Positions 62,247 to 64,000 of a DNA stretch of 64,000 nucleotides are shown here, one piece after another. Every line of letters begins with the position of its first letter. Positions within the stretch are counted from its first letter, which is position 1. This DNA comes from Vicugna vicugna (lineage: Eukaryota): positions 1,614,001 through 1,678,000 of the forward strand of contig MU058009.1 in assembly GCA_013265495.1 (NCBI GenBank), written 5' to 3'. The notes beneath the pieces are model-generated. The model was given only the letters and a program-made list of their open reading frames with translations. It had not been told where the DNA came from and ran no database searches. A program made the translations under genes and the position numbers.

Positions 62247-62605
62247 CTGTAACCAGGAAAGGAAGGGAAATATATTAAAATTTCCTAATAGAACAGGAAC
62301 TTTGTATCATCCATCCACGTATAAGTAGGAATTATCCACAGAGGACACAGCATAGGACCAACTCTTAGTCACTCCATCCATCAAAAAAAAAAAAAGATGC
62401 AAGGAGTGAGAAGGGTTTCTGATTTAGATTACATGTACATTTCTTTTCATCCATTTCTTCAAGCATCTGAAGATTTTTTTTTAAAGTTTCAAATAAGGAC
62501 CCATAGTTAACAGCAAAGTAAAATCTTGGTCATCTTTATCCAATCTGGCTTTTGCTTTTTTTATGTAATCTTACTCTGTAAAAACATCATGAAAGGATTA
62601 TTCTT

Positions 62606-62723
62606 TGGAGGGGGGTGGTAATTAGGTTTTTTGTTGTTTTTTTTTTAATGGAGGTACTAGAATAGAACCCAGGACCTTATGCATGCTAAGCACACACTCT
62701 ACCTCTGAGCTGTACCCTCCCCC
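62606..62723 (-). mobile_element. tRNA-derived SINE, same family
   Basis: ggtaattagg...aatggaggtact...gaacccaggaccttatgcatgctaagcac...gagctgtaccctcccc. TSD: tgaaaggattattctt (62590-62605) / tgaaaaggatattctt (62724-62739). Confidence 0.85.
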
Positions 62724-62989
62724 TGAAAAGGATATTCTTAAAACACAGTATAATACCAGAACCAAGAAGTGACAAATGCCAAAGGAAAAACAATAAATGG
62801 GACGACCTAATAAAAATCACTCATTTGTCAGTTCATCAGTGTGCATAGATTTTAATGATACTGATTGCTAGATTGGAAGTTTTAGTTTTTCCCAACATCT
62901 GGGTACTTGGGCAACTCTCTTGTCAGTTTCATAAAATCCATAAAATACACTTTCCACCCAGTACTCTCTAAGGAAGACAGATATGCCAC

Positions 62990-63190
62990 ACGGGAAGGCA
63001 TGGTTTGCAGGGTTTAAGAACCTATTCCGTGAAGCCAGGTGTACATGGATTCACATCTTGGCTCCATCACTTACAGATGGGGACCTGGGCCTGTACCTTT
63101 AACTAAACCTCAGTTTACTCAATTGTAAAATGGGAATAATGTTTCCTATAAGGTGGGAGGATTGAATGAAATAAAATGTGTAAGAAAATT
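62990..63190 (+). mobile_element. MIR
   Basis: ggtttaagaac...ggctccatcactta...cctcagtttactcaattgtaaaatgggaataat...ggattgaatgaaataa. Confidence 0.75.
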
Positions 63191-63834
63191 ACATATAAAG
63201 CAAAATAAAATATGATATGCATGTAATAAAATTATGTATTATATGAAATGCATGTCATAGTAGTGTATGTGCAGCCTAATCTAAGGTAGGTATTAATATA
63301 AGAGAGCGTTAACATTCCTGGGATTGGGCAAGAGGTTTGACCATTAAGACACAAAAGGAGAAGCAGCAAATTCATGGGAAGATTTCCTGAGAACAGGAGT
63401 CTGATGTACACTGGCCCATCCTCAGCTTTCTTTTCTAATTCTTTCTCTCTTCTATTATGGCCCCTTCACCTCCATAAAAACCCCCAACTGAGAAAACGGA
63501 ACTTTGCTAGAATCTGATGTGACTAGAGCTATTGATGTTAAGGGGCTAATTAATAAATGTAACTGCTCAGACGAAATTCTCACTCCTAACAAGTAGCTTG
63601 CCAACCCCAGTAAGAGCCTCTAACTGGGGAACCTCCAACCTTCTCTCTCCCCGGGAGCTGTAGGGCAAGAACGCAGCAATGTTACGTTAGAGTCCGTCAC
63701 TTGCTATCAGCACTTGTCTCCATTTTGCATTTGTCCATTTGCTTAAGCTCAGTAAAAGTAACAGAAGAGAGTACATTGGCATGGAGAAAAATGCCAATCA
63801 AATCCAAAATATAAAATGAGGTTTACATATTATT

Positions 63835-63963
63835 ATACGTTATAACATATAAAATGGGAAAGAATCTGAAAAGAAACAACATATATGTGTGTATATGTAT
63901 AACTGAATCTCTTTGCTCTACACCTGAAACTCACATTGTAAATCAACTGCAATAAAAAAAAAA
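63835..63963 (+). mobile_element. L1 3' terminus (artiodactyl-type 3'UTR)
   Basis: aatgggaaagaatctgaaaag...tatgtataactgaatctctttgctctacacctgaaac...ttgtaaatcaact followed by polyA. Confidence 0.8.
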
Positions 63964-64000
63964 GTTGTTTTTAAAAACGAGGTTTTGTGCATACTCATTG

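Noticed and set aside
1..64000. Prokaryote-type systems (CRISPR array, operon, defence or mobile island)
   Set aside because: The sequence is mammalian intronic DNA. No regularly spaced repeat-spacer array or dense coding region was seen.

Overview
This is mammalian genomic DNA, most likely from a camelid, judged from four copies of a tRNA-Ala-derived vic-1-like SINE. It covers the 5' half of the ETS1 proto-oncogene on the minus strand. Two short coding exons are present, and neither appears in its correct frame in the ORF track. The first is the first coding exon of the major p51/p54 isoform (31081->31000, MKAAVDLKPTLTIIKTEKVDLELFPSP), under a TATA-less CpG-island promoter that contains a 23-N assembly gap. 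The second is a 145-nt internal exon of the long p68-type isoform (62246->62102, [48 protein letters not shown]). Both exons end in phase-1 GT donors and should splice to a shared exon (D-MECADVPLL...), which I did not find and which presumably lies left of base 1. The rest is intronic: L1, L2, MIR, MER5A, MER81, a MaLR-like LTR, SINEs, microsatellites, a second intragenic CpG island (~54.9-55.9 kb) and several candidate enhancers. I found no evidence of a new protein-coding system. The most interesting signals are regulatory and evolutionary: an AP-1 site excess in intron 1, a GGAA array beside the intragenic CpG island, 5'UTR structures, a twin-primed L1 nested in an L2, and very different constraint on the two alternative N-terminal exons. 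Repeat boundaries and subfamily names are by-eye estimates.
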